From Patellaria atrata CBS 101060 (taxonomy: Eukaryota), in NCBI GenBank assembly GCA_010093705.1, contig MU006089.1, positions 2,095,561 through 2,159,560 on the forward strand: DNA of 64,000 nt, in the 5' to 3' direction. The number at the start of each line of letters is the position of its first letter. Position 1 is the stretch's first letter. Of this stretch, positions 38,089-50,873 are shown one piece after another. The notes beneath the pieces were generated by a model, which saw only the letters and a list, made by a program, of their open reading frames with translations, ran no database searches and had not been told where the DNA came from. The position numbers were made by a program, and so were the translations under genes.

Positions 38089-40488
38089 ATGGCGCAAGAA
38101 CCTGGACTATTTTCGGTTCGCCGACCGCGCGAGGTATGACTTCTCTGTTGGGCACTACTGAGCATTCCTTCTACGTATTGAGCTAATATGAGGAAACCGC
38201 AGACGTTGGGTGGTATAAATCATAATGCATCCTCGATACCTATGCCTAGCTCCGCGATGAAACGATCGAATTCCATTGGAAATATGCAACAAGCACCATA
38301 CACTGCTAACCATGCGCGCTCGACTTCTGGATCACGGATGTCCCTCGCACCTGGTAGACCACAACAGCCCATATTTCAGCGTTCTTCTTCTGGAAACAAC
38401 CTTGCAGATTTAGGATTTGCGTCAGTACATAGGAACTCTACCCATATGATGGGAAGCACAGGTGGACGGAAGAGCTATGCACCTGGAACGGCAACAACGC
38501 CAGCATCTGCGCTAACCTTTGAACAAAACTCTCAAAGACGGAGCAGTGTGTTTGGTGCGCGGCCGTCAATGGGTTCAGGGGTTATGGGCCATCAGAGCTT
38601 CTTTGCGACCGCTCCATTACCAGCCGGTATTCCAAATGACCCTAGACGATTAAAAGACTCGAGCGTACGGGCGCAAATGGCGCAGGAACTTACAGAATAT
38701 CTTGCCCATGGAAACTTTGAAATGGAAATGAAACATTCGCTATCCCATAAGTCAATGACTTCGCCGACACAGAAAGATTTCAACTGCATGTTCCAATGGC
38801 TGTACCACCAGATCGACCCGAGTTATAGATTTCAAAAGAACATAGACGCTGAGGTTCCCCCTCTCCTCAAACAGATGCGATATCCTTTTGAGAAGAGTAT
38901 CATGAAATCGCAGATTGCGGCGGTCGGTGGAAACAATTGGCACACTTTCTTGGGCCTTCTACATTGGATGATGCAACTTGCTAAGATGATGGAGCAATAT
39001 AACATTGGAGCATACGATGAAGCAAGTTTCGAAGCCGGCTACGATGTCGGCGCAGACCGTATCATCTTCCAATTCCTTACAGATGCTTACAGGGAATGGC
39101 TACAAGTGGAAGACGAAGATGAAGATAATGCGGACAAACTCCTGCAACCCCATGTTGAGGCGATGGCTGCAAAATTTGCCGAGGCAAATGCGCAGCATTT
39201 GGAACAAGTCAAGATCTTGGAAGCAGAGCATAAGGCCTTACAAGATCAAATCGATGAGCTCGGGAAGAGTGGGCCACGCATGGCGAAGCTGGACGAGCAA
39301 ATTAAAGTTCTCGAGGAGGATCGTGGCAAGTTCGAGGATTATAATAATCTTATGGAGGGTAAAATTGAGAAGCTACAAAATCGTGCGAAGCTCTTTGAAG
39401 ATGAAATTAAGAAGATCGAGGCTGAACTGGAAGAAGCGGAACAAGAAAAGCTTGCCCTTCAAGAAATGGTCGATAAGCAGGGAATTACTATCCAGGACAT
39501 TGACCGTATGAATAGTGAGCGGGAGCGACTACAAAAGGGAGTTGAATCCGCACATATACGACTCGAAGACTCGAAAAAGCGCATGTCGGAGAAGGAACAA
39601 GAAGCTAGTTACAAGCTTGAAGAATTAGAACGAGTAGTCGAAAAATACAATTCCTTAGGTTATCAGATTGGCATCATCCCGTCAACAGCTGCCAATGCAC
39701 AAGGTCAGGACTACGAACTTATTCTTACTGTCAACTCCGGACCTAACTTCGGTTCCTCGCAACTCGGCGCATCTCAAGGGTTTATGGAGTCATCGGACCG
39801 TCTACTTGCAGAGGGTGGTTCTGGATATCAACCACATCATCTCCTTAATTTGGATATACGGGGTACAGTGAAGAACAATATTCTTGGACTAAGAAAAGAT
39901 ATCAGTGAGCGCCGAAATGCCGCACTAGAAGCAGACATGAACAACCATGACCTGTTGGACAAGATCAAAGAAGCCATGGATGATAAGCAGGCAGAGGTAG
40001 AAGCTTTAGGGCATAGAGTCCGAGCTGCAGAAGAAGAATTTGAAAAGACAAGAGAGGTTAGTCGAATGTAACCGCCGTACCTGCAAGAAATCACTAACGA
40101 TTCCTAGATAACAACCGCTCAGAAGATGGGTTCAGATGCACAGATTGAAAAGATGGAGAAGGAACTCGCGAAGATGCGAGCTGGTCTCACTGAGAGTGTG
40201 CAATTCTGGGAACAAAAGGAGATGAACACAAACATCGAGTAAGTGTTCGAACATATAACAACTCCATCCCGTACTAATTCCTCTATTAGATATGAACAGC
40301 TAACTGTTCGAGCTGCCGCCCTTCGAGAAGAATTACACACTGAGATTGAGCGAATGTTGAATGATGTTATCAAGTTCAAAGTTCATATTCAGAAGAGCTT
40401 GGAAGACTACGAGCAGTTCGTTGCTGAAGAAGTCGAGAAAGAGTGCGAGGAACAAGAATTGGGAGACTTTGAAGAAATGGAGATGTAA
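38089..40488 (+). CDS. NDC80: Kinetochore protein Ndc80/Hec1, 4 exons
   Basis: [17 protein letters not shown], then [47 protein letters not shown], a long coiled coil, and [15 protein letters not shown]. Confidence 0.96.
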
Positions 40489-40895
40489 TGTGGACATAGT
40501 GTTTTTGGACGTGTTGTCAATTTGGTTTTACATGTGATGACGAGATACCTCTTGCGCGTACGAGAGTGATGATTGGTTTGGGCGTGGCGTAGTGGTGGAT
40601 TGGGGATTGTTACGATACCTTTGTGTTTATGTTACAGACATTCCAATACAAGCTATATATCTCCTTGTTGAAATACATATATTCTACTATCATATGGCGG
40701 ATGAAGGTAGACTTGCATAACGAATGTTTTTATTGTTACGGGTTAGCGGGCTTCCTTGTTACTGAGTGACGTACTTTCGTCTAAGGTCAGCCCTACGGTG
40801 TCTACCTACGCAAACATTCTGGTCCCCCCACACTCACATGTAAACATGTGAAATCAACTTCAACAATTCGCAACAGCGAACGCCAGCTCAAGAAG

Positions 40896-42195
40896 ATGTC
40901 TGATTCTGAATGGGAAGATGGAGGTGATCAAAGGTTAATAATACGCGCAAAGGTTCGTTTGACTTCTCGATCGCTTGGATTGCTTACTTACTGCGTCCAG
41001 GACACAGCTTTCATGCCGTTCCGCGCTGCGATTTCCAAACCTGCTCGTCGCACATACATCGGCACCGCTTTATTCATCCTGACTGGGTTTCTTCTCGCAG
41101 GTATCGCTATTACAGCTTACATATCATTTTACATATCATACATCCCTACCAGGGGGTTTTCGCGGCCTATTCACCTCCAATTCATCCCAGATCATAATCC
41201 CTATGGCATCGTTTCTGGGATATCTGAAAAGCTGGTCTCTGGCCAACCATACGATATTAGTGTGTCTTTGACTTTGCCTCGAACTCCTTTGAATCAGCAG
41301 ACTGGAAACTTCATGCTCTTGCTACAAATGCTTGGACCGATGGCAGGACTCGGTTCGTTGATGGGTTCAGACATACCCGGGGTAGTGGTTGAGGAACGAC
41401 GATCTGCGATACTTACATATAGATCGCCACTCACAGAATACGCTCATAAGCTCTTACACTTGCCTTGGCTAGTACTTGGATGGCAATGGGAAGCAGAGAC
41501 TCTGAAAGTAACAATGATGGAGCGTGTTGAGTTCGCAAGAGGATGGAGAAATGTCCCACAGAGCGCCAGAGTTGAGATACAGAGCTTGGAGCGGATGCAA
41601 ATATATAATGCGAAGCTTTTGTTTACTGCGAAGTTGCAGGGTTTACGGTATGTTAACCGTGACGAAATATCATTCTCGCGCATAAGTTGACCATTTTCAC
41701 AGATATTTCATGTATAAGTACCGTATCATCTCATTCATTGTTTTCACGAGCACATTTTGGGCCGTAGAGATGAGCTTTACGTTGGTGGTCTGGTTTGTGC
41801 TGTCTACCTTTATCATCTCCGGTCCGGAAACCACAGAACCCAAACACGAAGGTCCCACGGATGACACGACAAAGATAAAGAAAGAAGGAGAGGATGCGGA
41901 TGATAGGATAGATGCAATATCAGATACTTCACGGACATTCCCTACAAGTTCACGACAACCACCACTACGTTATTCCTCACCCAACGTGAAGGAGGAAGAG
42001 GAGGATAAAGGGCCCTTGGATATCCCACAAGTTACTGTAGATGCCGATGATGAAGACGAAGATGCAGACTTTGTCTTAGACAAGCCGGGTCGACCAACTG
42101 TCAATTCTGATTCAGGGATTGGTACGAGTATGGAAAGCACTGCGGGAAGACGAGATCCTATACGTAAGAGGAGATCAAGAGGCTTTGATATCTAG
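40896..42195 (+). CDS. Seipin (adipose-regulatory/BSCL2 family; lipid droplet biogenesis), 3 exons
   Basis: TM1, then PIHLQF, QPYDISVSLTLPRTPLNQQTGNFML, IYNAKLLFTAKLQGLR|YFMYKYRIISFIVFTSTFW (TM2). Introns 40953-41000 and ~41649-41702. Confidence 0.9.
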
Positions 42196-43823
42196 CTGAT
42201 CTGCGCCCAGACTAGACTATATCATAATTTGAAATGGCCATTCACAAAAATGAAACCATACCAGACCTTTCGGCTGTAAGAAATATGGAAACCGTTCTAC
42301 TTCCCACTGCATGTGGGAATTCCGTCAACCTTCCATATCCAATAACATAATCATCTTCCTGTGACAGTATGCACCCGTCGGTCAGCGTATGCTTACTGTA
42401 CGCACAATGGCGTATCATCAAGTTTGCCGTTTTGGAGGTTTTCAATGTACTGTACGATCAGGTCAGGATGCAACCCCAACATAACGGCGTAGGTGGCTCG
42501 GAATACCATGACGAAGGGAGGAATTTGGAGCACTGTGATGAAATAGGATTTAATGCTTTAAATCACATGGATGAAAAGTGGACCTTAGGATAATGATGGG
42601 TAGATAGATGGATAGCCACTGCCCTTAAGAAAGCAATCATAGATAATTAGAAGAAAAAAAATTCAAGTCACCATAGCTATAATGCTATATCTATATTGTG
42701 TCTTCCAGCAATGTGCTTTATTAACTTGTCTTATCGAATAGAACTCGATCTGGAGCATGATATGGTCTACGTAAGCTTCGCTGCTTCAACCAGCAAGGTC
42801 CGCATACGCTTTTCCGTTTTTATCACCTCCATCCCACGTTCTAACTTTAGGTGGGAAACCATTCACAGAGCTAGAAGATCGCAATTGGTCTTTGACCATT
42901 TCTCAAAGTCGCTCTGCTGAACTAAAACCCCGAGTATTTGACTGTCACTAGCGTCTTTCCCTAGCTGAAACGGCTTGGTGCTTCACCTTCACCTAAAACC
43001 CCACAGTTTCTTTATAACCAAGGTTATGCGTTTGCCAGACGTTAGAGTCCCAGCGCTATGACTTTCTAGATTCAGTTTTATCCGACAACTGATGTTACGG
43101 AATCGGTTTTATACCCTCCTGGCCCGTTAATCAGGGCCGCATCCGACCCGCACCCCTATCCCGTATCATTCGTTGTTTCTTTGATATCGTGAACAAGTTT
43201 CTTTCACATCCCCATTTTAGATTCTTACCCGCATGGAAAATGTTACAGTCTTATTACTCTAGGGTCTCTGCTCCACTATTCAATCAGGTCTTGCCGCTCA
43301 CGTCACCGTCACCTTCTCCACTACTCCTGTGATCCGCACCATTCAAAACTCTCGCGGTTCTTGGTACCTATTGTTTTTTTGTTTTCTCTCAAGGATGATC
43401 TATCTTACTATCATCAATATCTTGAAATGGTGTAAAAGGGCGCGTCCAAATACAGCAACGGAGCTGCGACTTGCTTGATATATGCTGATACCGGGGCTCT
43501 ATCTCCTTTGTCCGTCTCATAGAAACCTAGTAGGGACGAGTAAGCGCTACATCAATCCTAAATAGTAGTGTTCTTGACTATCTAGTATGATGTTGGCATC
43601 GGTACGCCAAAAGTAGGTATATAGAAGTAATCGACTCCTTTCAGTGGACCACCAAGCTCCAGCTCCAACCTCTCTTTCCATTTCGCTCTCCATTCTTTCG
43701 TGCTGGTCACCACTTTTGACCGTTCCTTTCTTTGGTGAGCTGTGCTCATACCACTTATTGTCTTCTAGTTGTTTATTGTTTCATTTGTGTCATCTATTAA
43801 GACTTTACCTCTTTATTAGAATC

Positions 43824-44742
43824 ATGAGAGTCATTCATCCAATTGCAGCATTGCTGCTGACTCCTCTCACTTCATCAACACCGCTACCAGATAGACGTGA
43901 TGGTACGTAGCATTGATTATGCATGCTGTTATCATGGATGTACTGACACAACCAAGGACTATCGGGACTACTTGAAAATCTGCACTCAAAGAAGGCTGAG
44001 GCTCCAGCGAACGTACAACTTGAGGCAAACAATGTGACAGTTGCTGCCCCAACAGGAACCGTCGAAGTGCCCGCTGGCGTCGGGACCGCTGCTCCCACGG
44101 GGATGACTCCAGGAACCACAGTTTCTGATTTGCTCAACGACTTGGATGAGGAGATTGGCCCCGGTGCGAATCTTGGGGATATTTTCTCTGGTCTCGCCGG
44201 CCTAGTCAGCGAAAGGGCTACAGAAGGCGCTTCCAAAGTGAAATGAGGCGTAGACGACCTCATAGAGGTTGCAGGCGCTCTTGTTGGTAGCAGCGGGCAG
44301 GGAAATGGTGGAGTACTAAGGAACGGTAACGGTCTTGGTCTAGGACGTGGGAACGGACAAGGGAATGGAAGATGGAATGGTCGAGAAAGCGGATAAGGGC
44401 AATGGTCGAGAAAACGGTCAAGGAAACGGCAGAGGAAATGGTCGAGGTTGGTAATCCATCTTTCGTTAAGTATGAACTATATATTGACACTTCATAGGTG
44501 CTTTGCAAGGAAACCAGGGCAACAACGGTCGTGGTCGTAGTAGAGGCCAAAACAGGCAGGGAAACGGTCAAGGGAATGCTGGAAATGCTCTCGAGAACAA
44601 CGCTGCTGCCCCCAATGGCACTTCTGTTGTAGACCCGGCGTTGAATAACACTGGTAATGCTGCTGAGAATGCCACAGCAACAGACCCGGCAAAGCATCGT
44701 CGTTCCAGGCAGGTCAGGCGAAGTATCAAGCTGTGGGAATAG
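43824..44742 (+). pseudogene. Secreted Gly/Asn/Gln/Arg-repeat protein gene, apparently disrupted (or rescued by an unusual intron)
   Basis: Signal-like MRVIHPIAALLLTPLTSS-TPLPDRR. GNGQGNGRGNG repeats. In-frame TAA at 44394-44396 plus a 1-nt frame offset inside the repeat segment. Confidence 0.55.
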
Positions 44743-45215
44743 GTATACTATTATGAACGTCTCCCATAGACTACAACCGTTCAATCGTGGTGCATTTTGG
44801 TAGACACAGTCTTCAAGTTCTTCGTGCTATTCTCTTATTCTCTTCAGAGGAGAATCGGATGAATATATTTGAGATGTATATAGACTTTTTATGACTATGA
44901 GAACAAGTCCTTGCGATGAATACTGGTAGTGCGGTTCATTTCTCTTTTCATTTTGTTTTATTCTGAGCCAGTTCTTGAACTGCACCTTAAGGGAAGTGGG
45001 ATGGCCGGAAAGAGTAGTGCGGGCTGACTTTCTCCTCCGCTCTGAGTGGCCAATGGCAAGCTTTTACGGCGTCATTGGTCTCCTCGCTTTGCAACGGTAC
45101 TACACTTCCATTGCCTCGGACAATAGGAGGGTATGAGAAGCTTCCTCCCTCTAAGAATTCCGTCAATTCAATCTTTTTATTTTGAAGAACTCCTCTAGCT
45201 CCAGCGAATTCAGCG

Positions 45216-47169
45216 ATGGCATCTCGGACATCATACCCTGTAAATCTTATACGGCGAAACCTTGTAAATGCGACCCGAAGCCAAAAATCACCTCTTTCCC
45301 GACCGATGTCACACCTCCGATCGATTTTGCAATATAGATATAGACCAGCTGTACGGATAGTCGGACAGAGACGCGCCATATGTAATACTACGCGGAGATC
45401 ATTTGCGGATGTCAACGAAGATGCCTTCGATCCCCGACAATTAGATCGCGAAAGCGATGAGGTTGATGTTTGCATTGTCGGTGGCGGACCAGCGGGTCTG
45501 AGTGCTGCCATTAAGTTGAAGCAAATAGCTAACGATGCAGGGAACGAGGGTTTCCGGGTACTATTACTGGAAAAATCTGGAGAAATAGGTGATCATATTC
45601 TATCTGGAAACGTGATGGAGCCAAGTGCTATTAGTGAGCTCATTCCGGACTGGAACGACCCGGAGAATCCCTATCGCTTCGAGCACGTTACGCCCGCAAA
45701 GGTGGATAAGATGCGCTTTCTCACTAAGAATAGAGCAATACCGATACCCGCACCATCTCAAATGAACAACCATGGAAATTATATATTGAGTTTAAACCAA
45801 TTCACAAAATGGCTTGGTGAGAGGGCAGAGGAGATAGGGGTAGAGATATATCCAGGGTTTGCAGCAAGCGAGTTGCTGTATACACGTGAAGGAGCCGTCA
45901 AAGGAGTGGCGACAAATGACTTAGGTATCGGAAGAGATGGGAAGCCTAAGGACACATTCCAGAGAGGTATGGAGTTCCACGCTAGGGTCACACTGCTCGC
46001 GGAGGGTTGTCACGGCAGTTTGACCAAACAGGCCATCAAGAAGTTTGATCTTCGAAGAGATAGTCAACATCAGACCTACGGCCTAGGTGTTAAAGAGGTA
46101 TGGGAGATAGATCCAGCTAAATTCGAACCCGGCCTAATTGTCCACTCCATGGGCTACCCTCTTCCTTCAGATACCTATGGAGGGGGCTGGATGTATCATT
46201 TCGGTGATAATCTAGTCAGCATAGGACTGGTAGTTGGTCTTGATTATCCAAACCCATGGTTAGCCCCATACGGAGAATTTCAGAAGATGAAACATCACCC
46301 ATTGTATAAACACTACTTAGAAGGTGGGAAATGCATCTCATACGGCGCGAGGGCACTGAATGAGGGTGGCTTTCAGTCCATTCCGAAATGTGCGTTTCCT
46401 GGCGGAGCCTTGATCGGTGATACAGCAGGATTTCTCAATGTACCAAAAATCAAAGGTACACACACCGCTATGCGGTCTGGTATGCTAGCCGCCGAGGCAA
46501 CATACTCGGCCCTGACAACAAATGATGAAGGTACCGTATTTCTTTTCGATTATGAAGACAAGCTTCGGTCATCCACCATTTGGTCTGAGCTTAAACAAGT
46601 TCGGAACATGCGGCCCTCTTTCCACAACCCCCTCGGCTTATATGGAGGTATCCTATATTCTGGACTTGAAGCATTTCTATTTAGGGGCAAATCACCATGG
46701 ACATTGAAGCATAAAAAGACAGACTATGCCGCCACCAAAAAGGCAGACCAGTGCAAGAAAATCGAATATCCCAAGCCAGACGGCAAAATCAGCTTTGATA
46801 TTTTAACCAGTGTGAGTCGAACAGGTACGAACCATGAGGAAGATCAGCCAGTCCACTTGAGGGTTGCAGATTGGGATAAGCATGCCAAAGAAGAATGGCC
46901 GCAGTTCAAAGGAGTCGAAAACAGATTCTGTCCTGCTGGTGTTTACGAGTATGTGGAGGATGAGAGCAAAGAACTTGGGGTGAGATTCCAGATAAACGCA
47001 CAGAAGTACGTCTAACCCTTTAATCTACCTGCAGCTGTAATCCTTTGCACGAGCTGACCTTTTCTGCAGCTGCATTCATTGTAAGACTTGTGATATCAAA
47101 GTTCCCAACCAGGGAATCAACTGGACTACACCCCAAGGAGGTGAAGGGCCTAAGTACACCATGACTTGA
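45216..47169 (+). CDS. CIR2: Electron transfer flavoprotein-ubiquinone oxidoreductase, mitochondrial (2 exons)
   Basis: Arg-rich presequence, [41 protein letters not shown], 4Fe-4S motif FCPAGVYE...[14 protein letters not shown], ending GPKYTMT*. Confidence 0.97.
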
Positions 47170-48009
47170 GAACTGGGATTCTCGTCGACATTAGCATGAT
47201 CTTAAAGCAATCCGATGTGGTTATATGGGGGGAGGCATGTGTAATCACCCTTTTGGTGGTTGAGATAACTGATTGAGGTCTCTCTCTGTGACGTGTGATT
47301 GAGGCTCTCATTACGGACCTTAATCCAAATTTGGCGTCACGGTGATCTAGATTCTCTAAATGGGTTGTTGTACAAACCGGTCGCCAAGGGTTACGAGTAG
47401 CGTTCAGCCTTTCTCAATGGAAGGGGTTCATATGTCGCTATCCGGGACCCCCTTCCCTTCTACCCGTAAATAACTATACTCGAAGAAAAGATGTATATAG
47501 ATGAGAAATGCGTTGATAAGATACAAGCCAGGTTCCCCCAAATCCCTCAAGCAGTCAATTAACGCCCTGTTTGTATGCATTATCTGCCTTATTGTCAACC
47601 GGTGATGTTATGAGGTCTGAGTCGGCTAAAAACGGTTAGTGTAACCTGAAGGTGAGGCGTACAGGGCTGAAACTGACCAACCAGGGCACAGCACAACACC
47701 CATTTTCTTTTCTTCCAAGGTTTACCCACTCGACGCCCCCTTCAACACGCACCTCGTCTCTCTCACCTCTCACTCATCCCACGCACAACTTTTCATTCTC
47801 TATCTCCACCTCAAGGTTGCAGGAATTCCTTTGCATCAATTACGTGTCCGGTTAGCCTATCTCAACCCGGCGGCAGTACTTATTCCATCTCTCCCATTTA
47901 CCTCGCCGCACTTTAACGGTGGACACTCTCTTAAGGGCCTGATCTAGAAATTTCTTGCTTGCAGCTCTGCGCACTTGGGAAACGAACTCTGGAGGTTAAC
48001 TTGCCCAAC

Positions 48010-49762
48010 ATGACGGAAGTATCGTCGACCCGACTTTATCTGGGAAACCTTCCTCGTAATGGTATGCTTGTCCTTAAATTCCTGGATGGATGTCCTTGAC
48101 CTTCAACTCTTGCTTTGGATGACGCGGATATCCTCCCATGATGGATCCAGGATCATCAAGCACCGTGGAATATGGCCTTGCTAACTCTCGCTGGAATCTA
48201 GCCACCAAGGCCGACGTTGAGACTCATTTCGCGACTCATGGCACTGGCGAAATCACGGAAATCAAGCTTATGAATGGCTTTGGCTTCATCGAATACAAAG
48301 ATGCCGCAGACGCTCGTGAGGTCGTTCCAAGTGAGTGAACCTTCCCAGCATCTAGGGAACTTCAAGAACATCGCTAACCTTCTGTTGCGTCTAGCTTTCC
48401 GTATGTTCTCTACCACCCTCGGTACCTACCCCTTCGCGACGCGTAAGTTATTGACACAAGCTAGATGGTTCCGACTTCATGGGCGAACGCCTAGTCGTTC
48501 AGTTCGCGCGTGGCTCTCGCAGGAATGAAAACTTCCCAGGTCATCAAGAACGCGTTGCTCCACGCCCTCGCCGCACCCCGTTTCGCATGCAAATTTCTGG
48601 CCTTCCCGCAGAGACCAGCTGGCAGGTTAGCTCTTCCCCCATGTTCCTTGGCTATTGGATCCTTTGGACCATTGCATATTCTGGATTTCTTACGTCCCGT
48701 CTTTGTCATCCCCGCAAACAATTTCCCAGTAAAATTTCAGATGTTGTTCCGTTGGGTGCCCCATTCCATGAGTTTCGAGGCTCTATTAATCCACTTGCAT
48801 GCTCTCCCATAATTCCACCGGTGTACAATATTCCCCTTCCTAGAGAAACTGACCTCTACACATGTTCCAATTGCTCCTTGTTTTTTCTTCTCCATCGCAA
48901 CTCAAAATTGGTACCCTCAAGCATTTTGGCACCTTGGCTTGACTTTATTCGGCTGGCCATGGACTGCGTTCTTTACCTTGCATCGCAGGAAATTAGTTTG
49001 AGGAACCGCACTCACGCTGGACCTTAGGATCTGAAAGATTTTGCTCGCCAATCCGGTCTCGACGTCGTCTACTCCGAAGTTGGTCGCGATCGTGATGGAA
49101 AGGGGTGAGTTTTCAGCTCCTCATTCGAATGCGCTTTGTACTAATTTCCTAGATTTGTTGAATATGAGACCGCGAATGACCTTAGAAGTGCGGTCGAGAA
49201 ACTTGACAACCGTGAGTTCAAGGGTCAAGCAGTTCGCTGCGTCGCCGATGTACGTTCCCATCTTGTTTTCCGAGCTTCGCTAAGCTATCATTTCCTACTG
49301 CTACTTGAGCCCGACATATTAACTTCTGATTAGGAACAGGCTGAACGTCCCCGCGACCGCTTCCGCTCGCGCTCACCCCCACCTGGTGGTCGCCGCGGAT
49401 ATGGTCCTCCGGGAGACGATTACTACTATGATCGCCGTGGTCCTCCACGAGGGTATAGCCCTCGTCGCGATGACTATCGTCGTAGGACACCGCCGCGCTA
49501 TTATGATGATGGCCGTGAGAGGTATGGTCGTTCGTCACCACGTCCACGTGGGCCACCTGGAGATGAGTATCCTGCTCCAAGGCCTAGGTACCCTGAAGAT
49601 GGGTATGATGCCCGTCCTCCACCTCGTCGTGGCTATGAGCCTGAACCTTACATGAATGGGCATGGTAGGCCATACGATCGTCCACCATCCCCAAGGAGGC
49701 CAAGGAGCCCCGGTCGTAGTGGGTATGACGCTGGTTACGACCGCCGCGCCCCGTACTGGTGA
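48010..49762 (+). CDS. srp2: Two-RRM SR splicing factor (Srp2 / SRSF4-5-6-like), at least 7 coding exons including a 6-nt micro-exon
   Basis: MTEVSSTRLYLGNLPRN|ATKADVE...GFGFIEY, pseudo-RRM hallmark SWQ|DLKDFAR, R/S/D/Y/P-rich tail ending RRAPYW*. Confidence 0.88.
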
Positions 49763-50873
49763 ATACTCCATTCCTTATGCCCCTCTTCTCGAGTCTCTCC
49801 CTACTTATTGGATCCCGACTCACCCTTCTAGAAATTACAATTTCGCCGGCCCACTAAACGCACCCGTTTCAGAAAGAAGGCAATGGTATGCTCATGAGCT
49901 CAGCGTGGAGTGGGATGGTAACCTCAGTCGATCTGTAAGATAACAAAAAGTCCTTTATTCTCTTCTATGGATGGAGATTTCGCCGCGTCTCAGTGAGTTG
50001 GCGGAAATTTGCAACGGTCAGACCCCTAATTCTCGAGCGACGGATTATGTGGATTCTAAAATGGAGCGGGATTGGACATCGGTGGTTGACGTGATTAGTT
50101 CGCGTTCGACTACGATGTAATCTATCCTTCTCAGCGAGTTCTACTATCTCGGTCAAATTCAATCCTTCCTGGGAAAGCATATGGGGTTCTCTTTCTTTAA
50201 CAGTTAGGTGCTATGATTCAGCGGCAAATCTGTAGTTAGGCTCTCTGCAACACATTTGAGCGACATAATTTTCCTGCATTGGTTGATGTGACATCGTTTG
50301 TTCAAGATTCTCGAGCTCAATAATTAACCGTGGGAGTAAAGGATTCAGCTCCAGGGATGACTTTAGGAAACAGTCTTGGAAACACTTTGTAATATTCAAA
50401 ACGGGAGTCATAACCTAAGCATCACACATGATCTAGCCACACTTTTACTAACTTCGCACGCCAGATCAAAACGACCGGAGACACATATGATGGATATTCC
50501 CTACACCTCGAGAAACGAAAATTTATATGCAATGTTCCCAACTTCAGGTGCTCCCTCCGCATTCAGGACCGTTTGTTACCCTAGTAAAAGACAAGAAGAG
50601 CAAAATGGGCGTGGTGAGGGTTGAAATGACGAAGTTACCTCCCAAGATAGAGGCTAAAAAAAAAAAAAGGAAGTAGCGCGTTCCTCATTCCTCTTTTCGT
50701 TCATTCATGACCGTCCCATTCATTCCCTTTACTTTCAAATATTAGCTCGGTAACTTTAAATCCACGTCAAGGCCTCATAAAGGAAGAAGCTGCTCCTCAA
50801 TGCGAGTCGTCAAAGTTCCCCCGTTACTTCGTCGCGAAGGATTAACCAGCATTTTCCAGTCCCATTTTCCCCG

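Noticed and set aside
49757..49875. TG|GTGAAT donor overlapping the SR gene's stop
   Set aside because: Both downstream acceptors begin with A and recreate TGA, so at most one residue changes. Not supportable without RNA data.
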